A stretch of 64,000 bases of DNA from Chrysomallon squamiferum (Eukaryota > Animalia > Mollusca). The stretch covers positions 34,596,001 to 34,660,000 of the forward strand of contig CM022670.1 of the NCBI GenBank assembly GCA_012295275.1. The letters run 5' to 3'. The notes below the pieces were generated by a model. The model worked only from the letters and a program-made list of their open reading frames with translations, made no database searches and had not been told where the DNA came from. The translations under genes and the position numbers were made by a program. Of the stretch, positions 11,899 to 25,025 are shown in pieces. The stretch's first letter is position 1. The number at the start of each line of letters is the position of its first letter.

Positions 11899-14800
11899 AT
11901 GGATGAACCAATGGACATTGATTCATTTGATAGTGGTGACTCTTGGTCATTGTTAAATAATGTCAGATTAATTTCTTGTCAGACTGTGAAAATCAGTGAA
12001 AGTATGGAAGATAAAAATAAGCCAGATGACGGCGCTAAGAAGCCTGAACAAAACGGTGCAAATAAAAAAGTGACAAAAAAGTCTTCTGGACAGAAGATGA
12101 CAAACAAAGAAAAGAATGTGAAAGAAAAAGCGGCTAAAAACAATGTTTCAGATTCACAAGTAAGGTTACCTACCAATGGTTCAGAATCTACTTCAGAAGA
12201 CTGGACATGCAGCAAATGTACATTGCTGAATCCTCCTTCAGCACAACAGTGCACCATGTGTGAAGCTTACCGAGTGTCGCGAGTCCCCACATCCATTCCT
12301 GACGTCATTGACGTAGACCAGTTTGTTCCATCACTGAAACGAGGTGAACCAGATGGACAGGAGGAGTTAGAGATATCTCAGATGCCAGGACAAACAAGTA
12401 CAAATCAACCTGTTACCAATGCAGGTAAAAAAGGACCGGCGGGTGAATTCAGGAGCCAAAAACAGTCAGTCAGAGTGGTGGTAGTGGTGCAACAGCAACA
12501 GCAACAACTTCAGCTGCATCTGCAAGCTCAGCTTCAGCAGCCTCAGGTCCAGATATGGAATATGAATGGACTTGCAAGAAGTGTAGTTACTCTTGCAATC
12601 CATCATGGACTCAGTCCTGTGATATGTGTGGTTTTGCTAAAGAGGAGAGAAGCACAGCACCAATGACCCCAATAGAATTTATACAAGATTCTGTCAAGTA
12701 TTCTGTCAAGACAGCAGTCAAAACTTCAGTCAGCCCAGGAGGAGATGTTTGGTCATGTGATGTTTGTACTTATGAAAATTCTATTCACCATAATGTTTGC
12801 TTCATGTGTGGTGGTTCCAAGACATCGGGACGCACAGAACTTCAGTGGTCGTGCTCAAATTGTACACTCTTAAACGACAATGACAGAACAAAATGTAAAG
12901 TGTGTATGGTTGAAAGAGCAGAATCATCAGTAAAGAATAGTGCAGAGTCAGCTAAGGTCTGGAAATGTTCAGTTTGTACATACAACAATAATATACCAGT
13001 CAAGCAGTGCAAGATGTGTAACACACCTAAGTCAAAACCACCTCGACCCAGACCACCAGAAACTGCTGTTCCTGGTACACTGCAGAGGCAGGAGAGCTGT
13101 CTGATGGAGGAAATGAGACGTATCGAAGAAAGGGAAGCTCGGGAACAATGGCAGTCAATTACAGCTTTCTGTAAACAGGTAAACTAACTCAGCTTAAATT
13201 TTAATTAATTTAAAAAGTAACATAAAAGTATTACAATAAATCAGTTTTGATTTTTCAAGCTAAACTACATATGTTTTAAGGCACGTTTATTGTGTGAAAA
13301 ACCAAAAGTTTTAACAGCTGATTATTATATTTATTTTACTACAGCAATCTTATTAAAAAGCTAAATAATTAATGCAGATATAATTTCCTTGTTAAATGTA
13401 AATAGTTCATGTTACAATCCACTGATAGAGTAAAATTTTAAACATGAATTTAATTTGAAAATGTCTTTTATTTATCACCAAGATCTTGATTTTTTAAATT
13501 TGTTATTAATACAATTCCTTAAACAATGTGTTTTAAATTAGTACATGACATTTATTTTTCAGAACAAAGAAGTTTTCATAGATGATTCATTTCCACCACT
13601 GCCTAAGTCTCTGTATAATGACCCACAAAAGCCATTTTGCTCATCTCCAGTTCATTGGCTACGAGCAAAACATATAAAGGTTATGGACTCAGATAAAAGC
13701 CGCCTACCATGGGTTGTGTACAGAACTCCCAGGCCTGAAGATATATCTCAAGGAGCTTTAGGAAATTGTTGGTACGTTCTTTTTTGGTATTTTACATTAA
13801 ATCTTAAATCATACTTATTACGTTATTATTTAATTTTCATACTGTACTGCAGAATACATTCAAGTATTCAGTTTTTGTGATCATCTGTTTTCTTTTGTGA
13901 GTTATGTACAGCTTCCTAGTTTAAAAAATAAAAAATAAATGAATGAATAGTAGGTTAAAATTATTAAAGTAGGTATTAAATAAAAAAAATAATGTTTCAG
14001 CAATGAATTCAAACAGAAACTTTTCATTTTAAATGTAGTTTATCAGTTTATAGTTTAGATATGTTTTACTGATTGATGAAATATTAATGCAGTTAGCAAA
14101 AAGAAGTAAAAATTATCTGATGAATGTCTTTTGACTGGAAACTTTATTTAGCATGCTGGGTAAATTTCAGGTTTCTCAGCTCACTGGCTGTATTGGCTGA
14201 ACAGCCAGATCTGGTGGAAAGAATAATTCTAACAAAAGAGGTATCTCCTGAAGGTGCCTATCAAGTACGACTGTGTCATGATGGCAAATGGAAAGTAGTT
14301 TTGATAGATGATCATTTTCCTTGCACTGAAAATGGAGTTCTTGTATTTTCACAGGTAGTAATAATTATTAGCTAAAGCATAATTATTACAGTTCTTGTAG
14401 ATCAGAAATTTGTTCTTCAGGCTTCATCTAGTCATTGTCTGCTATTAAACAGATCCAGTTATAACTAATTATGTGTTATGCTGAAAACAAAATTATTCCT
14501 AACTGAAAATCTAACAAGCTGTTAAATAGATCCTATTATAAGTATGTGGTATCATGAAAACAAAATTCCTAACTGAAAATCTTACTGCATCATTTATCTA
14601 AATCAGTGGTTTTCAACCTTTTTTTATACCGCGACCCATTATAAGCAACTCAGTATGACTAATGACCCCTTTAAAAATTTGATTCAATAATATCTAGGGT
14701 TACCATATTTTCATCAAACAATGACAGTACAAAAGGAATCTATATTCACTATGATGGGTCCGAAACCTATCTACACGTTTGTTTTTATTCCAAGTCAGGT

Positions 14801-17800
14801 TGAAAAAAGGTAAAACATACCCTAGCTCAAAACGATTGACCCCCAGAAAAAGCTAAAAGGTTGAAAACCTATAGCTCAAAAAATAATGACATCGTCAATA
14901 ATGTTCTGTTCTAACAGTAAAATTTTACTCAATGGAAAAAAGTGGAATAAAATGATGGGCATACAAACAATTAATTAGCATAAGCCAAGTTTTTTATTAA
15001 TATAAGTAGTATGAAATATCAAGTAGTTATTTTTTTGATAATTTGCTCCTTAACTTCAGAAAACTCCATCCAGAATAAATAAATATGATTATAAAATTAA
15101 AATATTATTGCTTATGTTGGTAAAAGGCCAAAAGAAGACAGCTATGGGTACCTCTAATAGAAAAAGCGATGGCTAAACTTCACGGATGTTACGAAGCTCT
15201 GGTTGCTGGGAAATGCATTGAAGGCCTGGCAACTTTAACTGGTGCTCCATGTGAGAGTGTAGCATTGCAGGGTGAGTTTTCTTATCAAATAATTTGTAAA
15301 TACTGGTAAATATGTTGCAGCTTGAAACTATAGACCATATACATCTTTCAGGAACAGACCATCTTGGCATAGTCGTTATAGTCTATTATGATAAAACACA
15401 TTGTTATTCATTTGTAATGTGATATAATGTTCACAATTAATCTAATGTATATTCAGGCTCAAGGAAAAAACACAGCAAATTTGTTTAGTTAAAACACTTT
15501 ACATCTGGTACACAATTTTGTTTATTATATAATTGTAGATATTTATATTATTTGTTTTGGAAAACTGAGAAAGAATAAAATAATATAGCTTTTGTTACAG
15601 TTATAATTTCTTATTGTATGTTTTCATTGCTTGTTATTTACACAGCAAATGAATCAAGAGGAAAAGAAATAGAGCCAGATATGATATGGACAAAACTTTT
15701 AAGTTCAAAAGATCATGGGTAAGATTACGATTTTCCTGTTACATCTGCCAAGTTCAAGAATTATATTTGAATTAAACTTAGTATTTTCAGATGTAATTTA
15801 GTAACTGAATTAGCTGAGGCCATTAAACCTTTTATGTATTTTTTTTTTTTTTTTTTTTTGAAAACATTATTGGTAAAAGTCAGGTTCCTGTTCCAGTTCT
15901 CAGTTTTCTAAAAATCTTAATTTAGAATAAGTTGCATGTCTTGAAAATTGTCAGTGATTTAATAATATAAACAAAATAAAATTCTTTTTTTTGGTTTTAA
16001 ATTAATGCTTGAAATTTGTATGGACAGGAAGGGATTTCTGAATAAAATGAATACCACATGAAAATGTAGCATTCAGAGTTATTATATTGAAAAACACCAA
16101 GAAAATTAATTCAATGTAATCATTTAAAATATTATCTACTTTTTAGCATGACACAGCTCTACCAGGACTTAAAATGTGTTCTACTTGTTCATTTTGAGAC
16201 TTTATTTATCATATCAAGAATTAATTTTGGTCATGTTGATTTCAGTTTTCTGATGGGAGCTTCCTGTGGAGGTGGAAACATGAAAATTGATGAGCAGTAT
16301 TACCAATCTATGGGTCTCAGACCAAGACATGCATATTCCATTCTTAATGTGGCAGATATTGAAGGCAACAAGTAATAATATTTACTTCCACTCTGTAATC
16401 AGAGAAATTAATCTGTAATTTTTTATTAACGGATGACTTCAACAATGAAAAAAATAATTTAAGCTTTTTAAAAAATAATTATATAATATTACAGATTTTG
16501 AAGAAAGGATGATATTTCATTATTTACAGTTATGATTTTTTTTTATATTTTTTTATAGACATGATAATGTACAAGAAAAAGAATCTCCTGCATTGAAGGT
16601 GCTTTTATAAGCATCTTTCTAGAGACTAGAAATGAATGACATACAATAAATATGTATTAGCTGAAAGGATATCAGAGATAGAATCCTAATAAACTGTTTT
16701 GAATAAAAAAATTAATGTAGTAATAATTCATAAAGTTCGATTTTAATTATTATTGTTATTGCTCTTTTAAATTGTTACTGTTTAATTTTATTATTATTAT
16801 TAATTTTTTAATTAATTATTATTATTAAAAAAATTTCATAATCTTACTCTGTGTTTTTAGGCTGATAAGATTACGAAATCCGTGGGGTCGATTTTCATGG
16901 AAGGGTGATTGGTCAGATGCTTCACCCAAGTGGCAGGCCATTAGTTCCAGAGTAAGAAATGATTTGATGGTACATGGTGGAATGGAAGGTGTTTTTTGGA
17001 TGTCATTTGAAGACCTGTTAAAGTAAGTTTATTTTTTAATCTTTTCAGATATTGTGAAATCATAACTTTACCTCAGGCTAAAGGAATGTAAGGCTTAGTA
17101 GAAATTATTATTATTATTTTTTTCAAAAGCTGTAGGATATTAATTTTGAAATTCAGAACTAAAGATCATGTTCACTGTGATTTATATATTCCATCATAAT
17201 TATTTTTTCTTCATTTTTTAAATTTTGCAGACATTTTGATAGTGTTGATGTGTGCAAAGTTCAACCAAACTGGAGAGAATCTCGTTTCCAAGGGGATTTT
17301 CCATCAAATGCACAACAACCCATGAAGATAATCAAACTTACAGTTTTTGAAACAACAGAAGTTGAGCTGGGTCTGTTTCAGGAGGGTGTCAGGTAAATTG
17401 TCATTAAATGTTACTATTTATTCAGGTCACCATTTCTATTAAAAAGCATTCATATCATTCATAATAATATATTAATATATTAGTCAATGATAATAATCTT
17501 TAAAAGTTTAATATTTTCATATCGATGGATTGACATTGGTTTATTAATATATTGAAATATTGTTTAGTATTTTATCATCATAGTTGTTTGTTTGTTTCTT
17601 TCTTTTTTCAAATTTAAAAGAGGTCCAGACAGAGTCAATAAATCGACTTTAGATCTGTGTATTCTTGTGCTGAGAAATACAACAAATCCTAACTGTGCTA
17701 CAGGAAAACTGATAGCACACAGTCAACGACAGCTACGCTGTTTCACTGGTTGTAATGTGATGTTGGAAACAGGAGAATACATTGTCCTGTGTCTGGCATT

Positions 17801-19459
17801 TAATCACTGGAGTATAGGTCAGTATACATAATGTAAATGATTAATGTGATATGTAAAACTTGTTTATATTATATATTATGGTTGTGTATATTGTGTATGT
17901 TAAATATGAAATTTCTGTATGTTATGTATAAATCATATACAAAGTTTATCTCCATTAGCTCCTTTTATTTGCCTTTTGTGCTGTTCTTGCAGTCATTTTT
18001 GAACTATTCTTATTGCTGAATAGAATTGATATAGAGAATAATTGCCAATAAAAAAAAACATTTAATTTTATATTTTCATAATTTTTTGATACAATTCTTT
18101 CTGTTTTTTTATTTTATTTTAATGTTGTTGTTTTTTTTACAATATTTTAATAATAAGTTAAATCTCTTTCAGATCCAGGAAGCAAAATTGCCCTGCATCA
18201 TTATGTTTTGACAGTGCACAGTTCAAAACGACTGATGATTGATGAAATCAGCACATTCCGCAACAGACAATATGAAAACATTCTAGCTGATGCTGTTCTG
18301 CAATTAGCTTTAAACAAAGGATCAAGAGAAGAGGTTTCTGTTTTATTTTTGTAATGGTGGATGTCCCAGGAATTTAATCTTACTGTTATTTATTTATTTA
18401 TTTTTTATTATTACATTTTTTTTTTTTTTTTTAGTGACTAAAATTTTTTAGAATATATATAAACATATATTAAATACCAACATACACACAACTTTTCTCT
18501 TTTTATTTTGTTTGGGGAGAAATAATTATGGTTGAGCTCATGATACCTATCCATCTTATCTTTTATTCTGTAAACTTTTAAAGGCTACTTTCTGTAATTT
18601 GGATGCTAATAACATTCAGTGCATATAATATATATAACACATTGGTAATTTAGCATATCGTAATGATCTTACACTGGTAATTCATCAGTTATTGTAGGTC
18701 TCACACTGTTAATGTGTTGCATCTAGAGAAACCAGTTTTGACAGTTACGTGTATGTTTTATAATTTTGTTGTTAACAGATTAGAAAAGGTGTGACTGTCT
18801 ACTCATTGCTCAATGGCTGGGCTGGAGGAATTTTTGCCGTGGAGAATCGGCTGCCTGCTAACAGTATTCACATGTGGTGTGATTGTTCCGGCAGCTCCAA
18901 TGTGGTGTGTACCCGAGGCTCACTGAACACAAAGGACGTCATTCCTCCTCTACACAGGTACATCAGCTTTTAATATTCCTTGAACCTGTGATTAGCTATA
19001 TTGAAAAATAGCTCACATACACATATCTATTGTTTTTGTTATGAGAAATTGCTTATATAAAATAACTTAAAATTTGGAAACTGTTTATATTATAATTATA
19101 TACTTTGAAGATACAGTAAAACCATAAATATTATGGACAATAGATTAAAATAAACCATGGGGTGGGGGCCATGGAGTAAAAAATACATTAAAAATATCCT
19201 CCTTCTTATGACATAACATCTATTAATCGTTAATATGAAAATGTGTTAAATACTCATTTATTTCGTTTTCAGGCAGGTGTTAATGGTGTTGTCACATTTA
19301 GAGAGAACTCAGCCATATCACCTCTCTAGACGACTCATGCATCGCATTCAGAGTGCCAGCAGTGGGCTAGGAGACTGGTTGCCTGCCTCTCCATATAGCT
19401 GTAATGACCCTGAAATTACCCCTCAAGTAGCTGCTCTGCATGTAGCTCGACCAATCTGA
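11899..19459 (+). CDS. CAPN15: Calpain-15 / small optic lobes (SOL) calpain, about 1000-1020 aa
   Basis: Exons 11899-13178 (with a frame break at ~12447-12555), 13563-13771, 14171-14354, 15127-15271, 15646-15718, 16246-16371, 16861-17022, 17231-17392, 17621-17817, 18173-18333, 18779-18957, 19273-19459; all introns are GT-AG and phase-compatible. Five RanBP2-type Zn fingers (WxCxxCTxxN...CxxC), calpain catalytic triad [10 protein letters not shown] / RPRHAYS / RLRNPWG, and a C-terminal SOL-homology domain (VIPPLHRQVLMVL...H.ARP). Confidence 0.95.
14441..14582. repeat. Degenerate tandem duplication (~75 bp unit) in a CAPN15 intron
   Basis: Two copies of agatcc..ttata...gtg.tat..tgaaaacaaaatt..cctaactgaaaatct. 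Confidence 0.7.
14604..14877. mobile_element. Decayed non-autonomous hAT/Charlie-like MITE
   Basis: Left end CAGTGGTTTTCAACCTTTTT...CGCGACCC is typical of Charlie/MER5-type TIRs; right end AAAGGTTGAAAACC.ATAG is its imperfect inverse; preceded by ATCTAAAT, resembling the Charlie NTCTARAN target. Confidence 0.6.
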
Positions 19460-21874
19460 TTTTAAGTTTTCAAAAAAGCTGTGATAAAGAGTCATTAGAA
19501 CAAAATTATTAAAAAAAAAAAAGTCAAAACCTGGTGTTGTGTGTCCTGGGACTAACAAACTGATTAAAATAGTCTTACATCAGTTTGAGAGCCACATCAC
19601 GATTTTCAAGATTATTCAGATGTTTTTTTTTTTTTTAAATGTTATGTGCAGACAGAGATTCGTTAAACTTAATGAGGAATAAAAAAGCAGAATATTTCAA
19701 AAATATTTTCTAATTTGTTCGAGATTTAAGTTTTAATTACTGGTTATTGTTTTCTGATTATTTATGATATATTAAAGCAAACACGGGTGGATATATATGA
19801 ATTGCACATTTGAAATAATTATCATAATGAGGTTTTTTTTGTCTGGTTTGTAGAGGTTATTTATTTAATTTGTGGGTATAATATTAACACAGTACAGGTA
19901 TATGAGATAAATGGTATATCATTTTTGTGGTTTGGATTATGTGTTTGGATAAGAATGAACTCAATTAAGGAATTAATTATAATAAACCAAATAGCAAAGA
20001 CTTGTAAATTGCTAGTTATACTTTTAAAATAAAGACATATGTATCATGAAAGTTTAATTCATCGAGTGTGGTTTATAACTGGGTTGGTTTTTATGTTACA
20101 ATTACCAATTGGATGTTTTTATTATTATCATAGCTGTTTTTCTTGTTATTATTATTATTATTATATATTTTTTATTATTATTTTAGGGTTTTTTTCCTCA
20201 GGTTCTGTTTGGTAGATTATTTTCCATCTCTGTCTGATAATAAATGATTGTTTTAAGTCATACCTTTAATCACAATATGATCTCTTGGTAAATGACATGA
20301 TTTTGTTAATAGTCTTGTATTACTGTTGTGTTAAAGTTTGTTGTCACCTTTTTAACCATAATTTGTATTCCTTTGTGTTTGTCACAAATAGGTTTTATTA
20401 ATGACATTTTCTACATTACCTATACACTTACATACTTTTTACATTATTGTTATTATTTTCTGCTGAATGCTGGGACTGTGTTTTATAATAATATTTTGAG
20501 GAGAATTTTCTTCATTTAATTTCATAAATATTGTTATCAAAAGTAGCTTTGTATTTTTTATTAATTTTTTTATGGTTTAATTAATATTTATCCATTCTGA
20601 AAGAAAATTTTCAGTTTGTATCACGTCTGTTCTGAATTAATATGTTTAATATGGTTTAATTGTCATATGCCACTCTTTTTTAATGAATATTTACAGTTCT
20701 GAATAAAAATGTTTTATTAATTACTCTTAATCTACATTTAATAGCAGGCATTTATACTAAAGTTAGCAATTAATTTATTTCAACTTTAGGCAGAAGTCTT
20801 TTTGCTAACAAATGAAGCAAATTATATTATGTTGCAAAGTGCATGTGCACATATACATATGTATTTCTTTTGAGTTAAAATAAACAAACAATATAAACCA
20901 ATACAGGGATTATTAATGTCAGATAATAATTTAAATATATATAAATCATATCATGGTTAATATAAACAGATTAATATAAACAGGAAAAATTCTGATAATC
21001 CTTTTTAAAAATCATATCATGGAAAGAGTTTGATAAAAAAAAATTTGTTCCTTTTTGTCACTTTTCTGGATAGATCTCTATTTGATTTACCTGATCTGTA
21101 TTATGGTCATTAATCTTTTTTTTTACATTTCCAGTCTTATAATTTAAATGTACAAATCAGTGTTATAAATGAAATATGCATATTAACCATCTGCTGATTT
21201 TTACTTGTTGTAATTATGGATATTATGATTTTAATTTACAAAACAAATTGTCAAATTAATTAATCAGTGTGGAAAAACAACTGACATTACAACTTGATCA
21301 AAAATAAATCTTTTCTCATCATTATACATTTGTGATTACATTGTATGATGAATAGACATAAATTAAACCTGTTTTGTGGAAATAGTATTTCATTTTCAAT
21401 TTTTTTTTTTACACCTTTAATAAACATGCAAAAGTGACAAATTCATTTGCAGCAATGTTCAAAATGTATGGTGTATTTGTTGATAATATCCTTCACCAAG
21501 TTTAACCTGAGGTAATTTTCTCATCAGATTGCTCTTTTTTTTTTGCTATAAATATTATTTTCATTTTTTAAAAGTTATTTGTTTACAGAAAAAAGATCAT
21601 GTTCTAAATGTAAACATTTTGATTGGATAAGTTTGTTTTAAAAATATTTTATTTAACTGATTTTAAACAAAATTTAATTTCTAATAATGTGTTGTCTGAT
21701 GTGCCAGTATACAAGCAAGAGATGCACATTTATCAAAATATTATGTACCTTTAAATTATGCTTGATGTAGACAATGTGAAAATAAAATATTTTATTATTA
21801 AGGCATTGTTTTGTATTAAGACTTTTTTTTTTTAAATTTAATAATTTTCCTACATAGTAATAATCTAATTAATT

Positions 21875-22060
21875 CACTGGTTCTCAGCTTGGGCTGTGAA
21901 AACAGGTAAGGGCTCTCAACCCTTTATTAATGTTTGAAACTTCACGAAATACTTCTTTTTTAAGTATAAAATTTAATCTAGTGGATGATAATCTTCAAAA
22001 ATATTTGAAAAGGGCATGGCAAAAGTAAATAAATTTATAAAAAGAAAATAAGAACCACTA
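21875..22060. mobile_element. Highly decayed hAT/Charlie-like MITE
   Basis: CACTGGTTCTCAGC at the left and AGAACCACTA at the right form degenerate CAGTGGTTCT-type inverted termini about 185 bp apart. Confidence 0.4.
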
Positions 22061-22720
22061 AGATTTACTTCTCAAATTGCTTAGAAGTCATGATGCATTT
22101 GTTTTGTTTTTTAAAAACTGTAAAAGTGTTTTTTGTGTATGACACAGTTAATAGATGAAACCTACTTCCATTACAAAATAATAAAGGTTTTATAGTTGAA
22201 AGAAAATATGTGTCCAACATTATTCTGATTTCACGCCCCTAATGTGTCAGTGTGATATTGTAATTATACTGAGCAGGCAATGAAGTGAAAATGTATAAAA
22301 ATTACTCCTTTTTTTTTTTCTCCAATGAAAAAAAAAATAAACTGGTGAAAAATGTGACTGGTATGAAATTGAGAGAAATGTAAATTATATATACAGTATA
22401 TTATTAACAAAAGAAAACAAAATTAGACCAAGTATTCAATGTTTTAATGTAGAGCTGATGTGAATAAAATACTTCACCAACACCAACATAGCACTGACAA
22501 CAGAACAACAATTCTGAGACAAGGAAATTAAAATAATTTTTTAAAATGAAAAATCATGAAAGTTCACTTGATTGTTGAACAATATAAATAGGTTTAAAAG
22601 TGGTGGTGGTGGGTTAACCCAAATCAGAAATATTAAAACAGACCTTCAACATTATTAAAAAATGTTCTAGAGATTCTACAAATTCATGATTGTAACAATA
22701 ATCTTTTTAGAATTATTTTT

Positions 22721-22756
<36 letters not shown>

Positions 22757-25025
22757 CTAATATTTAACTGACAGAGTTTGGCACTAAATTGAATCTTTAT
22801 GATTTCTGTTTCATCTGATAAAAACCTTTAGAAGTAGAAAAAAGTGATTGAAATTTACAGTACCTTTCTAACTGTTGCAGATATATATTCATACATCTAT
22901 AGTCATATGTAGATATGTATCTTCAGATCAATTTTGATACTGATTATTTTCCTTTGACAGTTATTAAAATGAATATTGCTTGGATGCCTAGAAATGAAAA
23001 TAAACATGGTCAGGTGAATTGTTATTTATTTTAAATCATGATTGTTTTTAAAGATGGTTTTATTTTATTTTATTTTAATAGCAAATTATCTTTGCTGGAG
23101 ACATGCACGAACAGTTCTGGTCTTTTTTTTTTTTTTTTTTTTTTTTACTAAAATTAAATATTTAAAAGATGTTCAAATTTAAAAAAAATAAAAAAAAAAA
23201 AAAAAAAAAATTATAATAATTCTTTCTTACTGAATTACTGACAGTAATCAGAACAGAAAACATTAAAGTGAAATGATCAGAAAACATTCTTTTATTTTTT
23301 TTTTAATAAATGTATATTTTTCAAAATAAAATTTAAAAGATAATGAAGTTTTATTATTTGCATAATCAACCTGATAGAGACTACATGTGAAACAAGAATT
23401 ATGTGCTAAATACAATGCATAGTATCCCCCAAGAAAAACATTGCTAAATTTGTGCTGAAAGTTTTACAAACTTAAGTTCTGCATTCCCTGGTTTCTGTAT
23501 TTATTTATTAGTATGCACCATTTAGTTGCTGTTTCCAGGTAAAATTTGAAATATGATTGAAAATATGTTATTGAAGCTTTATCCATGATTAAAGGTATGA
23601 ATTACTTAGCAAAATAAAGGTACTATATTTATAAAACATTATTATAATATTCGTTAATACTAATAACATGTTATCATCATTAAAATTATAAATATTTATG
23701 TTAAAACATTAGTATTATAAACTGGAATTATCTTTTATTAAATGATTATAAAATTCATTTGAAAATAAATTTTTGCAATATGAATTTTTTTTTTTAAACA
23801 TAGTCTACTGTGTTAATTTTATACTTCAGTTAATTTAAGTGATTATAAAATTTAAATACCATCAGAAAAAACATAAAAACATGAAAGAAAAACCATTTAA
23901 TCTTTGTTTCTGAAACGATTTGGTTTACTAGACTGTTAATTTTATATGTATATATATTGTTATAAGTTAAATCCCAAATGACTGCCAAAGATATTCAAAA
24001 AAGGCATCCATAGGATACAAACAAAGGATATCAAAAGTATCAGCTAAAACAATCTCAAAACTGTGAGCTTCAATGATCCCTGCCATAAAACTGTAACAAA
24101 ATGCCTTTTGTGCATTATAAAATATTAAGAGTAACATTTCATCATCAGGCAAAATACACAAAACAAATGATATTAACAATCTATTCTATGACTGAATAAG
24201 ACACAGGATTGTGTTATGTGTACATATAAATATCTACTTGGTAAAAATGGTTTAACTGATCAATAACCTTTAATGCTGAGACATCAAAACAATAAATTAA
24301 GGTAATGAATGTGCCTGGCTTTCTTCTGATTAACCTGTATTAATAATTCAGGATAATGCCTATTTTAAAGACACTGATAACACATTACTGTTAACACATG
24401 AACAATAACAAAATGAAATAAAATAGAAAACAACTTTTTAAAATACAGGAAAACAGGTTATACCGGTGAATCCTATATTTGAAACACTATTTTTAAGAAA
24501 TCTTCAATACAAATAATTTATATAATAAAATTTATTTTCTAAACATATAATTACATTTAGCTTTATTGACTTGACATGTATTTTCAAACACCTGACCACA
24601 TTACATTGTTATTTAGGATTAACATCAAAATATATTTTGTGTAAATATTAAGTGTCTTTATAATCCTTTTTGCAATTTTTATATAAATTATAACAAGCCT
24701 CTGGACCCAGGATTAAGACTTTTCTAACTAAACTAAAAGAAAATAGCACTCATCCATAAATTAAATGGTCTTGAATGTAAATAAAATATAGCAATAACTT
24801 CAATAACAAAATTGACAATTCACATACAGTTTGTTTCCTGGAGTCTCTGCCATTTTCCTTTTACAAAATAATTGTTTCTTTGTTCAGAAAGTGCTCACTG
24901 TTAAAAATCTTTTCACTAAAATTTGTCTACATGATACTAAACACACATACAAAAAAAAAAAAAAAAGAGAGAAAAAAATAATAACGAGTCTGGGTATAAA
25001 AATATTCACTGACAAACACATCATC

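Noticed and set aside
12426-12446. T_AAA_AAA_G as the CAPN15 slippage site
   Set aside because: A -1 shift here meets TGA at 12444, so it cannot reach the downstream Zn fingers.
15047-15059. U12 branch-site-like TCCTTAAC in a CAPN15 intron
   Set aside because: The intron donor (GTAGTA) is not U12-type and the used acceptor is ~70 nt further downstream.
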